Shown one piece after another: positions 26,125-29,612 of a DNA stretch of 29,612 bases. The notes below the pieces were generated by a model, which was not told where the DNA came from, searched no databases, and was given only the letters and a program-made list of their open reading frames with translations. Both the position numbers and the translations under genes were made by a program. How positions within the stretch are numbered: position 1 is the first letter of the stretch; the number at the start of each line of letters is the position of its first letter. This DNA comes from a virus (lineage: Duplodnaviria; Heunggongvirae; Uroviricota; Caudoviricetes): IMG/VR virus record IMGVR_UViG_2713896904_000009. One strand, written 5' to 3'.

Positions 26125-27177
26125 TTATTTCCCCACCAGTTCACTTACCTCTTTCACCGTCTGGTTAAACCGATCTGACTCAAGCTCAACACCTAACGCC
26201 CGACGCCCCATCGCCATTGCTGCTTTTATTGTGGAACCGGATCCCATAAAGAAATCAGCAACCAGATCGCCTGGTCGACTACTGGCATTGATTATTTGCC
26301 GGAGCATATCCGCAGGCTTCTCACACGGATGTTTACCCGGGTAGAACTGAACGGGTTTATGCGTCCAGACGTCGGTATAAGGCACGGAAACTGATACGGA
26401 GAAATAGCGCCGGAGAGTTTTAAACTCATCCAGCAATTCAGAATATTTGCGATTCAGTGAATCATAAGATGCCACCAGCTGGTGGTGTGGTTGTTCCAGT
26501 TGTTGTTCCTGAAACTTCTCTGCCGCTATACGGGAAAACAGTGCCTGCAACTTCCGGTAGTCAGCCTCATTCGGCAACTGCCACTGACTGGCACCAAACC
26601 AGTGGGAAACCATGTTTTTCTTACCAGTGGCTTCGGCAATCTGTTTTGCCGTTATACCCAGTTCGGCACGAGCATCCCTGAAATACGAAATCAGCGGTGC
26701 CATTATGTGCTGTTTGAGTTGACTTTCTTTTGCCGCATAGCCGTCACTTTTGCCGCGATATGGCCCCTGGTAATGTTCAGCAAACAGAACGCGTTCTGTT
26801 GCGGGAAAATATGCGCGCAGACTTTCTTTATTACACCCGTTCCATCGTCCGGACGGCTTCGCCCAGATAATATGGTTAAGAACGTTGAAACGTTCACGCA
26901 TCATGATCTCGATATCAGATGCGAGGCGATGTCCACAGAACAGGTAAAGGCTTCCGGCAGGTTTCAGCACCCGCCAGAACTGAGCCAGACAGTGGTCCAG
27001 CCACTTCAGGTAATCTTCGTCCCCTTTCCACTGATTGTCCCAGCCGTTGGGTTTCACCTTGAAGTACGGCGGATCGGTAACAATCAGGTCAATGGAATCA
27101 TCAGGCAGGGACTGAATAAAATGCAGGCAATCAGCGTTGATTAAATCAACACTGTTTATTTTTACAGTATTTTTCAT
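26125..27177 (-). CDS. orphan DNA methyltransferase (beta-class N6-adenine or N4-cytosine)
   Basis: 350 aa; motif IV DPPY near the N-terminus (LIVTDPPYF) and motif I FxGSGST near the C-terminus (DFFMGSGSTIKAA). No adjacent restriction endonuclease gene. Confidence 0.85.
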   Translation of the reverse strand: MKNTVKINSVDLINADCLHFIQSLPDDSIDLIVTDPPYFKVKPNGWDNQWKGDEDYLKWLDHCLAQFWRVLKPAGSLYLFCGHRLASDIEIMMRERFNVLNHIIWAKPSGRWNGCNKESLRAYFPATERVLFAEHYQGPYRGKSDGYAAKESQLKQHIMAPLISYFRDARAELGITAKQIAEATGKKNMVSHWFGASQWQLPNEADYRKLQALFSRIAAEKFQEQQLEQPHHQLVASYDSLNRKYSELLDEFKTLRRYFSVSVSVPYTDVWTHKPVQFYPGKHPCEKPADMLRQIINASSRPGDLVADFFMGSGSTIKAAMAMGRRALGVELESDRFNQTVKEVSELVGK

Positions 27178-27225
27178 GGATCAGTAAGCGTAACTCTGGT
27201 AGGCTCACTCTGCTTTTGCGCTAAA

Positions 27226-27245
27226 GCAGTGGGCCGCAGTGGGCC
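27226..27245. repeat. tandem direct repeat 2 x GCAGTGGGCC upstream of the DNA methyltransferase
   Basis: Perfect 10-bp tandem duplication; adjacent hairpin TGCTTT-N6-AAAGCA (27211-27228). Confidence 0.6.
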
Positions 27246-27337
27246 GAGGTTCGCTTGTGACCAGTAAGCATGAGCGAATGGCTGGCAGGTGCTACCAACA
27301 CCCACCAGCCGCCCATTTTCACAGCAGGAAACCGCCA

Positions 27338-27565
27338 TTACTGGCAGCGTCTGAATTTATTCCCGTACCCGCCGTTATCCTTCGCCAGACCCGCCATAAC
27401 TAACTGAGTCAGTATTAACTGGCACCGGGCTTCGCTTACTCCGGTAGTTCTCGTCATCATGCGTGGCGTTACCCACTTGTCAGCAGGTAAGAAATGAAGG
27501 ACTGCAGCGGCGGTTTCTGTCATATCTTGCTGTTTTAGCATGTCTTTTTCCCTTCTGGTTAACAT
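27338..27565 (-). CDS. small putative winged-helix DNA-binding protein
   Basis: 75-aa ORF (alternative start 27541 with SD AAGGG); central segment AVLHFLPADKWVTPRMMTRTTGVSEARCQLILTQLVMAGLA resembles small wHTH regulators of about 70 aa. Confidence 0.4.
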   Translation of the reverse strand: MLTRREKDMLKQQDMTETAAAVLHFLPADKWVTPRMMTRTTGVSEARCQLILTQLVMAGLAKDNGGYGNKFRRCQ

Positions 27566-27661
27566 GACATACCAATAACTCTTGTCTAAAAAGCCAGCAA
27601 GATAAAAAGTCAGTATTCACGACCACCAGCGTGTTTACTGTACTGCACCAGGTTTACAGGT

Positions 27662-27683
27662 ACAAAAAACCGCTCAGCGGCGG
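27662..27683 (-). terminator. terminator-like hairpin (minus strand)
   Basis: Minus-strand CCGC-CGCTGA-GCGG followed by TTTTTTG; short stem. Confidence 0.35.
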
Positions 27684-27805
27684 ATTTAAGTTGTGTGGCG
27701 AAGTAACCACTCTTAACACGATATAATACTTTTTGCGTACGCGTTAGGATTTTTATAAACTATGCGTCCCCATTCTCGCTATCTTTAGTCGGTCCTGGAA
27801 TACAC

Positions 27806-28732
27806 ATGAAAGTTAGAAGCATAGGATTTACAATAAATAACAATAACAAAAACATTAATACCGTTGACGTAATGAATGCTTTTATCAACGCATCAAACAG
27901 AGAACACAGTCGCACAGACTATACTCGTAAAATTCTCATTTCGGATGTGAATGATTTCTATTATGGATTAGTTGTCACATTCAGAAACCAAAAAAAGAAC
28001 TGTAAGTCGCAATTTGTTGATGGTAAATTCCAGCTTAAAATTGAAGATCTTAAAGGAAGTGACAAACTTGCTAATTTCAACTTTTTCTTAATTAAAAAAT
28101 CTAATCTTTCTGGTCTCTATATGTATCACCACGGTTCATGCAGTCTGAACACTCTCTTTTCTCATTTAGAAACAATAAGTAATGAATTTATCAGAAATCA
28201 AAATAAAGAAGAAATAAAAAAACTTGGTGATAAACCAAAACAAAAAGAAGTAACTGCAATAAATAAAAAATACAAAGAAAGACTGACTTTCAGCCTTATG
28301 ACAAATAAAAACAACATTCAGAGTGTTTTATGTCAATTCAAAGAGATTAAAAGGACAAGCTTTAAATTTAATTATATAGATTTTAAAGGTGGACCAATGA
28401 CTGCGCTTGAACAATTTGTTAACACCACCACAATAGATATGAATTTTAATTCTAGCGACAGAACAAAAGTGCAACAACTATCTCAGAATCTTTCAAATAT
28501 TTATAATTCTATGAGTGGAGTTGATAAAGCACAGGTTATTGCAGTAAACCATGCAGGGATAGAAAAAACCATTGATTTTATGAACTGCCCTGTTTTTTTT
28601 GAAACATACGATTTCGATGTAATTGCCGATAAAGTCAATGGATTGACAAACGATAATTATACAACAAACCCTGTTTTTGATATGATAAAAGAAGAAATGC
28701 TGAACGGGACGAATAAAAATGCCTTTATATGA
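27806..28732 (+). CDS. hypothetical soluble protein, component A of a two-gene AT-rich cassette (candidate defence/abortive-infection sensor)
   Basis: 308-aa ORF, very AT-rich and Asn/Lys-rich; preceded by TATAAT at 27722-27727; no Walker A, DxD nucleotidyltransferase or HEPN-like motif seen by eye. Confidence 0.6.
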   Translation: MKVRSIGFTINNNNKNINTVDVMNAFINASNREHSRTDYTRKILISDVNDFYYGLVVTFRNQKKNCKSQFVDGKFQLKIEDLKGSDKLANFNFFLIKKSNLSGLYMYHHGSCSLNTLFSHLETISNEFIRNQNKEEIKKLGDKPKQKEVTAINKKYKERLTFSLMTNKNNIQSVLCQFKEIKRTSFKFNYIDFKGGPMTALEQFVNTTTIDMNFNSSDRTKVQQLSQNLSNIYNSMSGVDKAQVIAVNHAGIEKTIDFMNCPVFFETYDFDVIADKVNGLTNDNYTTNPVFDMIKEEMLNGTNKNAFI

Positions 28733-29267
28733 ATGGCTAATAAATAAAAGATTGAGGTATCAGTACCTTACACTGCTTGCATTCTCGATCCTGGCATTGC
28801 TTGCACTTTACCTATTGTACAGAAACACACCTAAAGTAAGTGTTAACTTTTTTGATTTTTATCATAAAAACTTACGAGGCTATCTCTTCTCCGGTTTTAT
28901 TTCCGTGGGCTCATTTTTATTGAGCCTACATACCTTTGTCATAATAAATTTACGCGATAAGGTTTTTGCAACTCAGGAATATAAGGAAATTTATAGCATT
29001 GCCACTGGTATATCTATTGACAAAATCAATGATAGTGTATTTTATAAACCTTTAGACAATTTATCCTCATTTATTAATACATCAATATTATGTTCTATCA
29101 CAACAGCAATTGCACAGTTCACTATTGGACTTTCAACTAATTTATATGCATGCTTATTTTGCGTATGGCTTGCAATACTAACGGTATTTCTTTTATTACA
29201 TTGCCTCATCATAATCAGACAAAATATTAAAATTTTATTAAAGCAACAGAGAAAAAAAGGGGGGTAA
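28719..29267 (+). CDS. hypothetical four-helix membrane protein, component B of the cassette (candidate membrane effector)
   Basis: 182-aa ORF whose start overlaps the end of component A by 14 nt; four hydrophobic helices (about residues 17-35, 55-78, 124-140, 144-168); basic C-terminus. Confidence 0.6.
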   Translation: MPLYEWLINKRLRYQYLTLLAFSILALLALYLLYRNTPKVSVNFFDFYHKNLRGYLFSGFISVGSFLLSLHTFVIINLRDKVFATQEYKEIYSIATGISIDKINDSVFYKPLDNLSSFINTSILCSITTAIAQFTIGLSTNLYACLFCVWLAILTVFLLLHCLIIIRQNIKILLKQQRKKGG

Positions 29268-29275
29268 TTCCCCCT
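29252..29275. terminator. bidirectional terminator hairpin between the convergent cassette and Q gene
   Basis: AAAAAAA-GGGGG-TAATT-CCCCC; read on the minus strand the hairpin is followed by TTTTTTT, i.e. a strong terminator just downstream of Q. Confidence 0.5.
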
Positions 29276-29279
29276 AATA

Positions 29280-29612
29280 TTACAACATTGAAAGCACACC
29301 ATCCAGAAAACCAAGAGCTGTTTGCAACTCTTTTCTTATTGTCCCATCAGAACACTTCTGCTTCTTTGCAATAGTTCTTAGTGAGATGCCGATAACAAAA
29401 TGAGCAATAACCAACTCATACTCTTCGGGCTTATATTTCCGCAATCGCGCAACACAGCTGTCAATCATGATTCCTTCATCATCATCGCATTGTTGGCGTG
29501 TTTTCTTTCCATGAGGTAGTAAACCTTTAAACCCTGCAGCAACAAGCTGCCAGTCCACACCACTGTTATCTGCTGCAGCCCATGCTCCCCAGCGGTCCAA
29601 TACTTCATACAT
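29280..29612 (-). CDS. late-gene antiterminator Q, phage 21 type (may be truncated at the window edge)
   Basis: 110-aa ORF starting at the window edge; motifs DRWGAWAA, AAGFKGL, QCDDDEG, ARL and CSDG match the Q21-family pattern as I recall it. Confidence 0.7.
   Translation of the reverse strand: MYEVLDRWGAWAAADNSGVDWQLVAAGFKGLLPHGKKTRQQCDDDEGIMIDSCVARLRKYKPEEYELVIAHFVIGISLRTIAKKQKCSDGTIRKELQTALGFLDGVLSML

Noticed and set aside
27178-27805. tRNA genes or a toxin gene in the Q-S interval, as in Stx phages
   Set aside because: No tRNA-like T-arm or acceptor signatures and no AB5-toxin-like ORFs seen; the interval instead holds the methyltransferase module and the AT-rich cassette.
27806-29267. 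Assigning the two-gene cassette to Kiwa, CBASS/Pycsar or RexAB
   Set aside because: Sizes and a membrane partner are reminiscent, but gene order differs from Kiwa and I see no nucleotidyltransferase or cyclase motif; without a search only the architectural analogy is defensible.
1-29612. CRISPR array, IS element or integrase within the window
   Set aside because: No regularly spaced short repeats, no transposase or integrase-like ORF and no terminal inverted repeats found; the integrase end of the prophage is presumably outside the window.

Overview
The window reads as an Enterobacteriaceae (E. coli-like) chromosome at the smpB-ssrA locus, followed by about 28.5 kb of the late end of a mosaic prophage integrated next to the tmRNA gene. 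Running on the minus strand from the right edge toward ssrA: a phage-21-type Q antiterminator (partial at the edge), a lambda-like lysis cassette (S holin, R endolysin, Rz/Rz1), small and GpA-family large terminase, portal, a single ORF fusing ClpP-like protease, scaffold and HK97-type capsid, head-tail joining genes, then a P2/Mu-like contractile tail (V, sheath, tube, chaperone, tape measure, U, X, D, W, J, I), tail fibre and fibre-assembly chaperone. No integrase, CRISPR array or IS element is present, so the integrase end lies outside the window. Several AT-rich insertions (morons) interrupt this backbone. The most interesting is a translationally coupled two-gene cassette between Q and the lysis genes (27806-29267): a 308-aa soluble protein with no recognisable motifs followed by a 182-aa four-helix membrane protein, which I flag as a candidate uncharacterised abortive-infection/defence module. 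Other morons are a SAM-dependent methyltransferase flanked by about 215-bp direct repeats from tail-fibre-assembly 3' ends, a DinI-like gene with a LexA box, a membrane protein carrying a C8 homopolymer tract, an orphan DNA methyltransferase module, and a lipoprotein. All assignments are from reading the translations and sequence by eye; no database search was run.
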